Part shown: piece by piece, positions 25,775 through 35,622 of the stretch
How positions within the stretch are numbered: position 1 is the stretch's first letter
Layout of the letters: each line of letters begins with the position of its first letter
Notes under the pieces: generated by a model
Seen by the model: the letters and a program-made list of their open reading frames with translations, nothing else
Databases searched by the model: none
Told to the model about the DNA's origin: nothing
Assembly: GCA_041483195.1 (NCBI GenBank)
Contig: JBGPFC010000004.1
Span: 32,001 to 96,000 of the forward strand
DNA length: 64,000 bases
Direction: 5' to 3'
From: Candidatus Eiseniibacteriota bacterium
GTDB lineage: Bacteria; Eisenbacteria; RBG-16-71-46
Translations under genes and position numbers: made by a program

Positions 25775-26430
25775 GACGCGCCAGGGGCGCCGCCCTGCTG
25801 GCGCTGGTGTGGCTCATGAGCACCGGTCTGTTCGGCCAGTGCGAGTTCTTCAAACCGACGTCGCCGGATCGACCGACGGCGAAGAACCCGATCTTTCCGG
25901 ACTACACCAGCCCGACCCTGACGCTGGAGACCCTGCGGCTGGGCATCGTGGACAAGAACGGGAGCAATGGGCAGGACGTCTACGTTCGGGCCTTCGCCGA
26001 CAGCCTCCCCACCGGGGCCGACGGCACGAACTTCATCGCGAACTTCGACGTGTCCGACCTCGATCAGTCTCCGCGCTGGGATCGCGGCGGAGTCTGGAGT
26101 CGCGGGCTCGAGCAGGCGTTCTACGTTTCGTTCGTCACTTTGTTCAGTCTGCCGTACGAGATGACCTGGGAGCCGTACGAGGCCAACGGCAACGATTCCG
26201 GCACGAACAGCGACTCGCTGCTCCACCGCCAGTACAAGATCTACTCGGTCGCGTCCGGCACGAAGAGTCTGATCGCCACTGGAGTCGCCGACCTTTACTT
26301 CGTGAAATCGCCGGGTACCGCGAATCGCTGGGCGATCAGGCGCTGGGACGATATGATCTCCCCCGACGCGCGGCCCACCCAGTTCCCGGATGAGGTCTCG
26401 CTCGGACTTCGGAGGCTTCGCACCCAATGA
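25756..26430 (+). CDS. hypothetical exported protein/lipoprotein (NTF2/SnoaL-like)
   Basis: Signal-like N-terminus with Cys (GLFGQC). Overlaps the upstream gene and resembles the next gene (WAIRRWDD vs WYIERWED). Confidence 0.7.
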   Translation: MATHSLRRARGAALLALVWLMSTGLFGQCEFFKPTSPDRPTAKNPIFPDYTSPTLTLETLRLGIVDKNGSNGQDVYVRAFADSLPTGADGTNFIANFDVSDLDQSPRWDRGGVWSRGLEQAFYVSFVTLFSLPYEMTWEPYEANGNDSGTNSDSLLHRQYKIYSVASGTKSLIATGVADLYFVKSPGTANRWAIRRWDDMISPDARPTQFPDEVSLGLRRLRTQ

Positions 26431-27236
26431 ATCGCTCTCGAGGTATCGGTCCGGGGCGCGCGGCGCTCGGGATGACGGGCGTGATGATCGCGGTCCTCGT
26501 CACGGGCTGCTTCAACCCGTTCAGCCCGAAGGTCGCGCCCAATCGCGGCGTCTCCAAGGCCCCGCCCGCGCCCAGCTCCGCCGAGGGCGTCGTGCGTCTG
26601 TTCGAGTGGTGCTGGAACAATCAGGACATCGATCAGTACCAGGAGATCTTCACCGACGATTTCAAGTTCCAGTTCGGGGCCACCGACACCGCGGGAAACG
26701 CGTTCCGCGATCGCGCGCTCACCCGGGGGGACGAGATCGACACCGAGCGCCACCTGTTCGTCGGCGGAAGCCCGACCGAGCGACCGGCGAACAAGATCTC
26801 GCTCGTCCTCGACCAGAATCTCATCGCGCAGACGGATAGCCGGCCCGGCAAGCAGGACTTCACGTACCACCGGGAGATCCTGACCCAGGTCGTGCTCAAG
26901 ATCGAGACCGATGCCGAGAGCTTCCAGGTGACGGGGGCCGCGCGATTCTTCGTGATCCGCGGCGATTCCGCGATCATCCCCGGCGACATGCTCCAGAAGG
27001 GGTTCCGCCGCGACTCGAAGCGCTGGTACATCGAGCGCTGGGAGGACGAGACCGTCGGCAGCGTGGCTCAGGCCGCGGCGCGCCACGCCCCGGGCCCGGA
27101 AGCGCGCGCGGTGCGGGCCTCGATCGCGGCGGAGCCGGCCGCGGCATCGCTGGCGCGAACCGCGGCCCCGGGAGAGGCGCAGAACCTGAACGTCACCTGG
27201 GGATTCGTGAAGCGCACGTACTATCCGCGGCGCTAG
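26427..27236 (+). CDS. hypothetical lipoprotein (NTF2/SnoaL-like)
   Basis: Lipobox LVTGC followed by FNPFSP; YQEIFTDDFKFQF. ATGA overlap with the upstream gene. Confidence 0.8.
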   Translation: MNRSRGIGPGRAALGMTGVMIAVLVTGCFNPFSPKVAPNRGVSKAPPAPSSAEGVVRLFEWCWNNQDIDQYQEIFTDDFKFQFGATDTAGNAFRDRALTRGDEIDTERHLFVGGSPTERPANKISLVLDQNLIAQTDSRPGKQDFTYHREILTQVVLKIETDAESFQVTGAARFFVIRGDSAIIPGDMLQKGFRRDSKRWYIERWEDETVGSVAQAAARHAPGPEARAVRASIAAEPAAASLARTAAPGEAQNLNVTWGFVKRTYYPRR

Positions 27237-27281
27237 CCACCGGGCAGGGCCCGCGCCGCGGGCGCGATCCGCGGGCCGAGT

Positions 27282-27311
27282 TTGTCGCGTTTCCGCGGGC
27301 CGATCTATACT
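27282..27311 (+). promoter_or_regulatory. sigma70-like promoter of gdh
   Basis: TTGTCG-N18-TATACT. Confidence 0.5.
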
Positions 27312-27420
27312 GCGCGCCGCCTTTCCGGATGCGCCGTTCTCGCGACCCCACGCATCGCCCACCGGCCGCACGCTGCGGCCTCTCGAAACCGCGGCTCACG
27401 CGAGCCCGGCGGAGGACGCC

Positions 27421-28689
27421 ATGCCCGATGAAGGCGCCAACATTCAAAGAGAGCTCAACCCGCTCGCCAACGCCGAACGCCAGTTCGACGAGGCGGCGTC
27501 CCGGCTCAATCTCCCGGAGGGCATCCGGGAGGTCATCAAGCATCCGCGGCGCGCGACGATCGTTTCGCTCCCGGTCCACATGGACGACGGCACGCTGCGG
27601 GTGTTCACCGGCTACCGCGTCCAGCACTCGATCGTGCGCGGCCCGGCGAAGGGCGGCATCCGCTACCACCCCGACGTCACCCTCGACGAAGTGGCCGCGC
27701 TCGCGGCGTGGATGACGTGGAAGTGCGCGGTGGTCAACATCCCGTTCGGGGGCGGCAAGGGCGGCGTCATCTGCGATCCGTCTCGGATGTCGAAGGGCGA
27801 GCTCGAGCGCCTCACCCGGCGCTACGCCGCGGATCTGTCGGACCTGTTCGGGCCCGAGAGCGACGTCCCAGCCCCCGACGTGAACACCAACGAGCAGGTG
27901 ATGGCCTGGATCGTCGACACCTACTCGATGCACGAGCGGCGCACGGAGTACGCGGTGGTCACGGGCAAGCCGCTCGAGGTCGGCGGCTCGGCCGGGCGAC
28001 GCGAGGCGACGGGTCGCGGAGTGATGTTCTGCGTCCGCGAGGCCTGCCAGCACCTGGGATTCTCCCTCAGCGGCGCCCGGGTCGCGGTGCAGGGGTTTGG
28101 AAACGTGGGCTCGGTCTCGGCCGACCTCATGACGCGCGAGGGCGCGAAGATCGTGGCGGTCTCCGACGTGAGCGGCGGCGTGCACGAGCCGAACGGGATC
28201 GACGTCGCGGCGCTCATGAAGTGGGTGGCCGATCACCGCGGGGTCGCGGGCTTCCCGGGCGCCAGGCCGCTCACGGCGCCGATCGTCGAGTACGACTGCG
28301 ACATCCTGATCCCGGCGGCGCTGGAGAACCAGATCACCGCCGAGAACGCGAAACGCGTGCGGGCCCGGATCATCGCCGAGGGCGCGAACGGGCCCACCAC
28401 TCCGGACGCCGACGGGATCCTGTCGAAGATGGGAGCGTTCGTCATCCCGGACATTCTCTGCAATTCGGGCGGGGTCACGGTCTCGTACTTCGAGTGGGTG
28501 CAGAATCGCATGGGATTCTACTGGACCGAGGCCGAGGTCAACGCGCGGCTCGAGCAGTACATGGTGCAGGCGTTCCAGGACGTGCTGAAGAAGGCGCTCG
28601 AGCACAAGGTGAACATGCGGGTGGCCGCCTTCATGGTGGCGATCGAGCGGGTGGTGAAGGTGATCATGCTGCGCGGGGTGTACGCGTAG
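27421..28689 (+). CDS. gdhA: Glu/Leu/Phe/Val dehydrogenase (glutamate dehydrogenase)
   Basis: GPAKGGIRYHP, MTWKCAV, GGGKGG, DVPAPDVNT, QGFGNVG, EGANGPTT, GGVTVSYFEWVQN. Confidence 0.95.
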   Translation: MPDEGANIQRELNPLANAERQFDEAASRLNLPEGIREVIKHPRRATIVSLPVHMDDGTLRVFTGYRVQHSIVRGPAKGGIRYHPDVTLDEVAALAAWMTWKCAVVNIPFGGGKGGVICDPSRMSKGELERLTRRYAADLSDLFGPESDVPAPDVNTNEQVMAWIVDTYSMHERRTEYAVVTGKPLEVGGSAGRREATGRGVMFCVREACQHLGFSLSGARVAVQGFGNVGSVSADLMTREGAKIVAVSDVSGGVHEPNGIDVAALMKWVADHRGVAGFPGARPLTAPIVEYDCDILIPAALENQITAENAKRVRARIIAEGANGPTTPDADGILSKMGAFVIPDILCNSGGVTVSYFEWVQNRMGFYWTEAEVNARLEQYMVQAFQDVLKKALEHKVNMRVAAFMVAIERVVKVIMLRGVYA

Positions 28690-28764
28690 GCAATCTTCGA
28701 CAGCGGGCGATGCGTCGACGGCCCGGGGGCTCCGCGCTCCCGGGCCTCTGCGTTGGTGCGCGGG

Positions 28765-28804
28765 AGAAAGAAGCGCGGGGGCGTCCGATGGACCGCCCCC
28801 GCGC
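28765..28804 (-). terminator. intrinsic terminator downstream of the porin-like gene
   Basis: 11-bp stem GCGCGGGGGCG/CGCCCCCGCGC, followed on the minus strand by TTCTTTCT. Confidence 0.65.
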
Positions 28805-28827
28805 GTGCTTCAGCCGTTCCGGTGCGG

Positions 28828-30144
28828 CTAGAACGGATAGGTTGCCGTGACCTTCGGGAAGAAACCGCCGGTCGGCGTCGCGCCGCCCAGCAGCCCGTTC
28901 GCGTACGAGTACGAGTTGTCCGCCATGACCGCGTCGAACATCAGCGAACCAACCTTGACCCCGCAGCCGATGTTCATGTCGAACGTCGTGCCGGTGGTCT
29001 CGAACTTGCCGCGCGTGCTGCGCGTGTACTCGTTCTTCAGCTTGCTGTACGCGCCCTTGCTGGCGCCCATCCGCAGCGTGAGCCACGAATTCACGTGGGT
29101 CTCGAGCGCGGCGAACATGCGGGGCATGACGCTCTCGGTGACGGTGGTCGAGTCGGTCGCTCCGCTTCCCGCGAACGAGAAGATGGGATCGATCTGGTCG
29201 GCCTTGTTCTGGATGAAGTCGATACCCCAGACCAGCATGTCGTTCGAGGCCAGCGCCCAGTTGGCCGCCGCACCGATCTGCCAGCCCTTGAGGGAGTTGT
29301 CGAACGTGCTCGTGGTGCCGCCCGTGATCGACTTGCGCGACAGATCATAGGAGTACCACTTGAAGATCGGCGTCACCATGACGTTCGGCTGCCACTGCCA
29401 CATCGCACGGGCCGAGAACAAGTAGCTGGTGGGGCTGTCCTCGCTGCCGTTCGTTGCGCCGCCGATCGGTGACACCGTGCTCTCCCAGGTACGGCTCTGG
29501 TAGAGCAGCGCCAGCTCGACGTTCGTGTTCGGGTTCATCTCGAATCCGACACCGCCACCCAGACCCATGATGTTGCGGGCCAGGTTCTGGCCCTGCGGCG
29601 TGCCACCGCCGCTCGGATCGAAACCGAGCGTCGTCGTCACGGCGGGGTTGGAAGCGACGGTCTGGTAGAAGGAGCGATTGAGGCGGGCGCCGATCGAGGT
29701 GCCGCCCAGCTTCCTTCCCCACATGATGTCGAACTCTTCGTTGTTGTTCGTGTTCGGGTCGCCACTCGGGTTGATGGAGCCCCCCACGGACCCGGTCAGA
29801 TCGCCGTGGCCGAGTTCCGGCGTGGACTGGCGAAGATGGAACGCCCACGTGCCGAACTTGCCATCGCAGATGTTGCCCATCACCGAGCCCACTGAACGGT
29901 CGTTGACCGTGCCCGGGTTCAGGAACGAGCCGCCGCCGAACGTGTTGCCGACTTCGGCGTAGAACAGGTTGCCGACGTTCGAAACCTGTGACGGATACGT
30001 GTAGATACTCGTGTAGTCCTTCACGTAGTCACCCTGCAGCGTCATGCCCTCAAGGCGCGAGGTCTGGGCCGAAGCCACGACCGGAAGCGCGATGGCGAGC
30101 GCGACTGCGAGGGCGACCGACTTCTTGATCCAGCGAGACGACAT
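28828..30144 (-). CDS. outer-membrane porin-like beta-barrel protein
   Basis: AAGGAGG RBS, signal peptide (ASA-Q), Gly/Thr/Asn-rich strands, terminal KVTATYPF. Confidence 0.75.
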   Translation of the reverse strand: MSSRWIKKSVALAVALAIALPVVASAQTSRLEGMTLQGDYVKDYTSIYTYPSQVSNVGNLFYAEVGNTFGGGSFLNPGTVNDRSVGSVMGNICDGKFGTWAFHLRQSTPELGHGDLTGSVGGSINPSGDPNTNNNEEFDIMWGRKLGGTSIGARLNRSFYQTVASNPAVTTTLGFDPSGGGTPQGQNLARNIMGLGGGVGFEMNPNTNVELALLYQSRTWESTVSPIGGATNGSEDSPTSYLFSARAMWQWQPNVMVTPIFKWYSYDLSRKSITGGTTSTFDNSLKGWQIGAAANWALASNDMLVWGIDFIQNKADQIDPIFSFAGSGATDSTTVTESVMPRMFAALETHVNSWLTLRMGASKGAYSKLKNEYTRSTRGKFETTGTTFDMNIGCGVKVGSLMFDAVMADNSYSYANGLLGGATPTGGFFPKVTATYPF

Positions 30145-30328
30145 AATTCAAAGCCTCCTTGGCGAGATTCGTGTGAGAGCTACGAGTGCCACGATGCAGA
30201 ATGCAAGCCGGTACGTGGCCTGTTCACTACAACGCGGTGTCGGTCGAAGCCCCACCTCCTTTCAGAGCCGTCTTGAATACTTTCGATCAAGCGAATAGCC
30301 CCATCACTTCCGTGGGATGAGGCACATG

Positions 30329-30369
30329 AAAAAGCCAGGACCACACCTCCCTCATGGAAGGATCCTGGC
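30329..30369 (-). terminator. terminator-like hairpin after the NlpC/P60 gene
   Basis: Minus strand GCCAGGA...TCCTGGC followed by TTTTT. Confidence 0.55.
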
Positions 30370-30382
30370 GAACGCCCGAAGC

Positions 30383-30412
30383 AACTTAGGAAAGTTCCCG
30401 AAACCTTGTCAA
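30383..30412 (-). promoter_or_regulatory. sigma70-like promoter toward the porin-like gene
   Basis: TTGACA-N18-TAAGTT, overlapping the NlpC/P60 stop codon. Confidence 0.5.
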
Positions 30413-31269
30413 GCCGATTCTCCGGTTTGGAGCCCCCGGAAGGGCCTCCCGGAGGGTGCTTTTCGGGGTCTTCCGAAGCCGCTCAACTGAGGCATCAACG
30501 CCATGTCGCACAACGGGTTATCGATGTCCAACGAGCTCACACGGACATACCCCCTGGCATGGGCAAAATACCCCCCCCCAATGATCAGCCCGACGTGCCC
30601 GGCGGGCCCCCCCGGAACACCGAAAAAAACCAGATCGCCGGTCCGGGGGGAATCTCCGGTCTTGAGCCTCGAACACGCGCGAAATTGTTCCTGAGCGTCG
30701 CGAGGAAGCGCGAGTCCCTGTTCGAGCAGCACCTGCTGGGTGAATCCCGAGCAATCGAATCCCAGCGGGGTTCGTCCGCCCCACAGATAGGGCACTCCGA
30801 GGAGGCTCCGCACCCGCGCGACCAGATCGATCCGAGCGGGGCCCGAATGGAGCGCCGCGCTCGCGACCCAGCCCCGGCGTCCGTCCGGCAATTCCACCGG
30901 ACGAGACTTCCCCCGCGCGCGCCCGGCGATCACGCGGCTGTTCAGCACCAGCGGGCTCACGAGCGTCGAGGACCCGGGGCTCGCCACGATTTCGGAGAAC
31001 GGCCGCACGGCCCGCGCCCGCGCCCGGCGGGCCCATCGCATGGCCCGGGTCCGCGAGGCCCCGACCAGGCCCCAGGTCTTCACCCATCCACGGTCGCCGT
31101 CCGCGAGATTCTGCACGCGCCACCAGGAGCCCGCGGCCGCGCCACTCAGCACCCGAACCACCTCGCCGAGCAGCAACTGGCTCGCGAGCTCGCTCCGATG
31201 ATCGGGCCTGCGTCGCAAGTCCAGGGCGGCCAGGCTCACCACCGCGTGACTGGGACGGCGGGCGCTCAT
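30409..31269 (-). CDS. SH3-NlpC/P60 (C40) peptidase
   Basis: LASQLLLGE SH3-like N-domain; LLGVPYLWGG...GFDCSGF...GDLVFF...HVGL. Confidence 0.9.
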   Translation of the reverse strand: MSARRPSHAVVSLAALDLRRRPDHRSELASQLLLGEVVRVLSGAAAGSWWRVQNLADGDRGWVKTWGLVGASRTRAMRWARRARARAVRPFSEIVASPGSSTLVSPLVLNSRVIAGRARGKSRPVELPDGRRGWVASAALHSGPARIDLVARVRSLLGVPYLWGGRTPLGFDCSGFTQQVLLEQGLALPRDAQEQFRACSRLKTGDSPRTGDLVFFGVPGGPAGHVGLIIGGGYFAHARGYVRVSSLDIDNPLCDMALMPQLSGFGRPRKAPSGRPFRGLQTGESA

Positions 31270-32540
31270 TCCGGGATCGGAGTGATGAGCAGGTACCGTC
31301 CGAAGCCCTCGCGATCTTCGAACACCAGCCTCCGATAGGGCCGGTTGTAGTACCAGATTTCCTGCTGCACGGTCTGCGAGCTCGCGGGCCGGGTCTCGAC
31401 CTGATCGGGCGGACCGAGCTTGATGTAGATCCTCCCCATGTCGGACCGCCATCCCGGGCCGAACCCCTGAAAATGCTGCTCCGCGTAATGCACCCGCCGG
31501 AAGAACTCGAGCATTGCCTCGTTGCGCGCAGTCTCCGGGGTGGGGTCGCGCCGGCGCCAGAATGCGTCCCAGCCTGCCGGCTGCTGCTCGGGGGGGAGCG
31601 CCCGCAGGGCCTCGATCTCACCCGCATCCGCGATGTAGCCGAGTGGCTCGAGCATGCGCTCGAACTCGCGCCCCCGTGGCGGACCGCTCTCCTCCACCTC
31701 GAACGAGCGCTCGACCCGCCAGCGCGAATGACCCTCGACCAGATCGAGCTGGAAGACATAGGAGCCGACGAAGAGCTCGGAGGCCGGCGGGCGGATGATC
31801 ACCGGCTGCGCCGATCGATCGACGCTCGCCTCCTGACTCCCGTTCGACAGCTCGTCCCCGCGCTCGTCGATGATCCGGTAGCGAAAGGAGTAGCGGCGCG
31901 GCCAGGAGCCGGGACGGCGGTCGAACACCGCGGCTCGCGCCGCGAGCCGCGAGGCATTCATGCCGAGCCGTCGCGTCGGCATCGCGACGAATGCCCCCGA
32001 CGAATCGCTCACCCCGAGGTCGAGGTCGGCGAACCCGACCGGCACCTTCGAGTAATCGGGCACCTCGATGCGCTGGCTGGCCGATGAGCCCTCATCCGCG
32101 CTCAAGTCGGCGACCGACACCCGCATGTCGTACCGGCCCGGGGGCAGCGCGAAGTCGCGCTTCTCGATCAGCGCCGCGTTCGGGGAGCGCGTCGCCTCGA
32201 AGCTGGGGACGGCGATCCGGCGTTCCCACACGTCTCCGTAGCTGCGTCCGCGGCCCTTCGGCTGGAACACGACGGCGAGCTCCACGCCCATCCCATAGCC
32301 CCGGTCGAGCCGAATCCACTGGACGTCCTGATAGGGCACGGTCACCGAGACCTGCATGGCGGGACGGCCGGCGGAATCGACCGAGACCGCGATGTCGGCG
32401 GTGAAGAAGGGGGCGCGATCCGCGCGCAACTGCGGAAAATCCAGAGCGGAAGACAACGATGGGGTCGCGGCCGGGATCAGGGCCATCGCGAAAACCACCG
32501 TCAGGTGGCGAGATACGGTCCGCAACATGGTCTTCCGCAC
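31266..32540 (-). CDS. GWxTD domain-containing protein
   Basis: FWRRRDPTPETARNE...RRVHYA...GWRSDMGRIYIKLGPPD...EIWYY; signal peptide. Confidence 0.88.
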   Translation of the reverse strand: MRKTMLRTVSRHLTVVFAMALIPAATPSLSSALDFPQLRADRAPFFTADIAVSVDSAGRPAMQVSVTVPYQDVQWIRLDRGYGMGVELAVVFQPKGRGRSYGDVWERRIAVPSFEATRSPNAALIEKRDFALPPGRYDMRVSVADLSADEGSSASQRIEVPDYSKVPVGFADLDLGVSDSSGAFVAMPTRRLGMNASRLAARAAVFDRRPGSWPRRYSFRYRIIDERGDELSNGSQEASVDRSAQPVIIRPPASELFVGSYVFQLDLVEGHSRWRVERSFEVEESGPPRGREFERMLEPLGYIADAGEIEALRALPPEQQPAGWDAFWRRRDPTPETARNEAMLEFFRRVHYAEQHFQGFGPGWRSDMGRIYIKLGPPDQVETRPASSQTVQQEIWYYNRPYRRLVFEDREGFGRYLLITPIPE

Positions 32541-32653
32541 GTTGGTGGGACGCTAGCACAGGGCTTCGGGCTCGGCTAGTCCCGAGGGTCGAACGTGGAT
32601 CCGGGAAATGAACCCTGACGCCGGCCCCTGGTTCGCGCTATAGTCGAAGCACG

Positions 32654-35521
32654 GTGGCCGGGCTTGCGTCACCTACCGGAGTCTCATGGGCAGACGTGCG
32701 CTTTCGTAAAATTCGCAGGACGCATCTCGTTCTCGTCGCGTTGCTCGCGATTCGGTTGGGAGCCGTCTCGCCAGCGCTTGCGACAGCGCCTCCGCAGACC
32801 GGATCCCTCCCCATCGAGGTCGCGGACGCGTATCAGCGGGGATTGTTCGCGCTTCCCGCCCGCCCGTCCCCGCTGTCGACCAGCGCCGCGCAAACGGTCT
32901 GGCGAATTCCCATCATCCTCGTCCAGTTCCCCGACAAGGCGCTCACGTATTCCGCTGCGGACTTCAAGACCGGAATCTTCGACACGACGGGATCGACTCT
33001 GACCGGCTCCGTGTTCGACTACTACCAGTGGGCGTCCGGGGGGCGCCTGCGCGTCGTGGGCGATGTGGTCGCGACCGTCCAGTTGCCGGGTGACCGCACC
33101 TACTACGGAAACCAGAGTTGGGGGCTGTCGACGACCACCACCCCGAACAACATCTATGGGATGGTGCACGATGCGCTCTCGCTATCGACGAGCCAGGTCG
33201 ACTGGTCGCTGTACGACATGGACCACGATGGATACGTGGACATGCTCTGGATCGTCCACGCCGGCATCGGGGGCGAAGGCTCTCCCGACCGCAACAACGC
33301 GTGGTCGATCACGTCGCGCATGTCCGGGGGATGGCGGACCGGCGCGGCGTTTCTCACGAACCAGCTGATTCCGGGCACGAGTTCCCAGTTCTATCGGCTG
33401 GACCGATTCTCGACGCTCCCCGAGCTGTCGACGGTCCACCTGGGGAAACGCTCCGAGATCGGCGTGTACTGCCACGAGTTCGGACATGCCCTCGGGCTTC
33501 CCGACCTCTACGACACCTCGAACCTCGCCGCGGTCTCCAATATCGGCCCGGGAAACTGGTCGCTCATGTCGACGGGCGGACGGGGGGGCGACGGCGCCTC
33601 GCCGCAATACCCGTCTCACCTCGGCGGCTGGTGTTCCCTGTTCCTCGGGTGGAATCCGACGTTTCGTCCCACGACCGATACGACGCTCGTCATCCCACCG
33701 CTCGAGCGGGGTGGACCCGTCGTCGAGCTCTGGTTCCAGGGCGAGTCGTATCCCGAGCACTTCCTCATCGAGAACCGCCAGCGTGACGGGTTTGATCGCA
33801 ACCTTCCCAACGCGGGGCTGATCATCACGCACGTGGACGAGGCGGCCATCGGGCAACGCATCGGGGGCAACAAGATCAACGTGGGCACGACGCCGGGCAT
33901 GTGGCTGCTCGAAGCGGACGGCGACAGCGACCTGGTTGTCGGCCGGAATCGCGGCGACGCCAATGACCCGTTCCCGGGCGCGCTCGATCGCATCGCGATC
34001 GACGACCTGAGCAGCCCGAACACCCGCACGTTCTCGGGCGCGGTCACGAACCTCGGCCTGAGCGACATCCTGCGCACGAATCTCGACGTCCAGGCGCATC
34101 TGCAGGTGCTCGCGCCGGGCTGGCTACCGGCGACCGACCAGACGCTCGATGGGTTTTCCCCCGCCGGATTCTCGGGGCCCGCGCATCGTGCCGTGATCGA
34201 GCCCGACGGCACGATCGATGTCGTCCATAGCGAAATGCGCGGCAGCTACCCGCAGATCGTCCTGCGCTCGAAGCGCCGCTCGGGCTGGCAGCCGCCGCTG
34301 CAACTCAGTGCGTCACCCGAGGCCGCGCTCGATCCCGCGATCGCGTCGCTGCCAGACGGGAATCTCGCCATCGTGTGGAGCGACACCCGGGGGGGGCGCG
34401 CACGCATCCTGTACCGATCGCGATTGCAGGGGGTGTGGAACGGCGAGCAGATCCTCGCGGACGTGCCGGGCGATAATCGTGCCCCGGCGATGGGCGCCGA
34501 TGCCCACGGCCGGGTGGAGGTCGCATGGCTCAACGTGTCCGGAGACGTCCCGCGCCTGTATTTCATGCGCTTCCTCTACTTCGCCCCGTTCGGCCAGCCG
34601 ATCGCGGTGACCGCGCCCGAAGAGATTCCCGGCCGCCCCGCGCTCGAGGTGAGCCGTGAGGGCGTCGGCTACCTGCTCTGGCCGGACGCGTCGCTGAGCC
34701 CGCAACGTTACCTGTTCTCCCGCTTTCATCCGGATTCCGGCCTCTCCCCGCTCCACCTCCCGCTCACGCCCGGAACCGCGAATCCACAGACCGCGATCTC
34801 GGCGGTGGTGGATAGCGCGGGAACGCTGCACTCCCTATGGCAGGTGAGCGGGGCGGGTATCAGCGAACTCCACTATCAGGAGCGTTGGAAGAGCGCTCAT
34901 CCCGCGCCGCGCGATACCACCGTGGAGCTGCGGGGAGCGCCGATCTCCGATGCGGTCATCGCCGCGGATCCACTCGGCAGCCTGCACGTCGCGTTCGCGG
35001 CTACCTCCGCGAGCGGACAACAGATTTACTACAAGCGATGGAGAGCGGGCCTGGGCTGGGATTTTCGCAGCACGCAGGTCAGCTCCCCGCTCGACGGGAG
35101 CGCGGCGAGTCCGATGCTCGCTCCATCGACCCCGGGCAACGTGACCTTGCTGTATGCGGCGTACCCCGCCGGCAGCGCTCGATTCATCGAACGGCTGCGG
35201 CGCCTCGACGGCGCGGATCCGGTCGCGGTGACGCCGGTCGCGATCGCGCCCCGGCCGGTCCTCGAGCTCGGCCCGAATCCGCTGCGCTCCGGGGCGGCGC
35301 TCGAGTTCCGCTGGCGCGGCGCGGCGCCGGCGGCTGTCCCCACCGTCGACATCTTCGATCTCGCCGGCCGGCGGGTCGCGTCCGTTCCGCTCGACGATGC
35401 CGCGGGGATCTGGCGTGGCCGGCTCGGGTCGTCCACCACCGCCGGATGGGCTTCCGGAGTGTATTTCGCGAAATTGAAGGGCGAGCGCGGCGGTAACGCG
35501 CGCCTCGTTCTCCTGCGCTGA
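32654..35521 (+). CDS. M6 family (immune inhibitor A-like) metalloprotease with beta-propeller-like region and FlgD/T9SS-like C-terminal domain
   Basis: IILVQFPD, IVHAGIGGE, IGVYCHEFGHALGLPDLYDT, WSLMSTG, EHFLIENRQ; C-terminal PNP...IFDLAGRRV...SGVYFAKL. Start uncertain. Confidence 0.9.
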   Translation: MAGLASPTGVSWADVRFRKIRRTHLVLVALLAIRLGAVSPALATAPPQTGSLPIEVADAYQRGLFALPARPSPLSTSAAQTVWRIPIILVQFPDKALTYSAADFKTGIFDTTGSTLTGSVFDYYQWASGGRLRVVGDVVATVQLPGDRTYYGNQSWGLSTTTTPNNIYGMVHDALSLSTSQVDWSLYDMDHDGYVDMLWIVHAGIGGEGSPDRNNAWSITSRMSGGWRTGAAFLTNQLIPGTSSQFYRLDRFSTLPELSTVHLGKRSEIGVYCHEFGHALGLPDLYDTSNLAAVSNIGPGNWSLMSTGGRGGDGASPQYPSHLGGWCSLFLGWNPTFRPTTDTTLVIPPLERGGPVVELWFQGESYPEHFLIENRQRDGFDRNLPNAGLIITHVDEAAIGQRIGGNKINVGTTPGMWLLEADGDSDLVVGRNRGDANDPFPGALDRIAIDDLSSPNTRTFSGAVTNLGLSDILRTNLDVQAHLQVLAPGWLPATDQTLDGFSPAGFSGPAHRAVIEPDGTIDVVHSEMRGSYPQIVLRSKRRSGWQPPLQLSASPEAALDPAIASLPDGNLAIVWSDTRGGRARILYRSRLQGVWNGEQILADVPGDNRAPAMGADAHGRVEVAWLNVSGDVPRLYFMRFLYFAPFGQPIAVTAPEEIPGRPALEVSREGVGYLLWPDASLSPQRYLFSRFHPDSGLSPLHLPLTPGTANPQTAISAVVDSAGTLHSLWQVSGAGISELHYQERWKSAHPAPRDTTVELRGAPISDAVIAADPLGSLHVAFAATSASGQQIYYKRWRAGLGWDFRSTQVSSPLDGSAASPMLAPSTPGNVTLLYAAYPAGSARFIERLRRLDGADPVAVTPVAIAPRPVLELGPNPLRSGAALEFRWRGAAPAAVPTVDIFDLAGRRVASVPLDDAAGIWRGRLGSSTTAGWASGVYFAKLKGERGGNARLVLLR

Positions 35522-35622
35522 TTCCGGGCCCGGGCCCGCGCCGTCTCGCCATCCTGCTCGCGATCGGAGCCTCGGCAGTCGGCGCCGCTTCCCCGCAAGC
35601 GCAAACCCATCCGATCGCGGGC

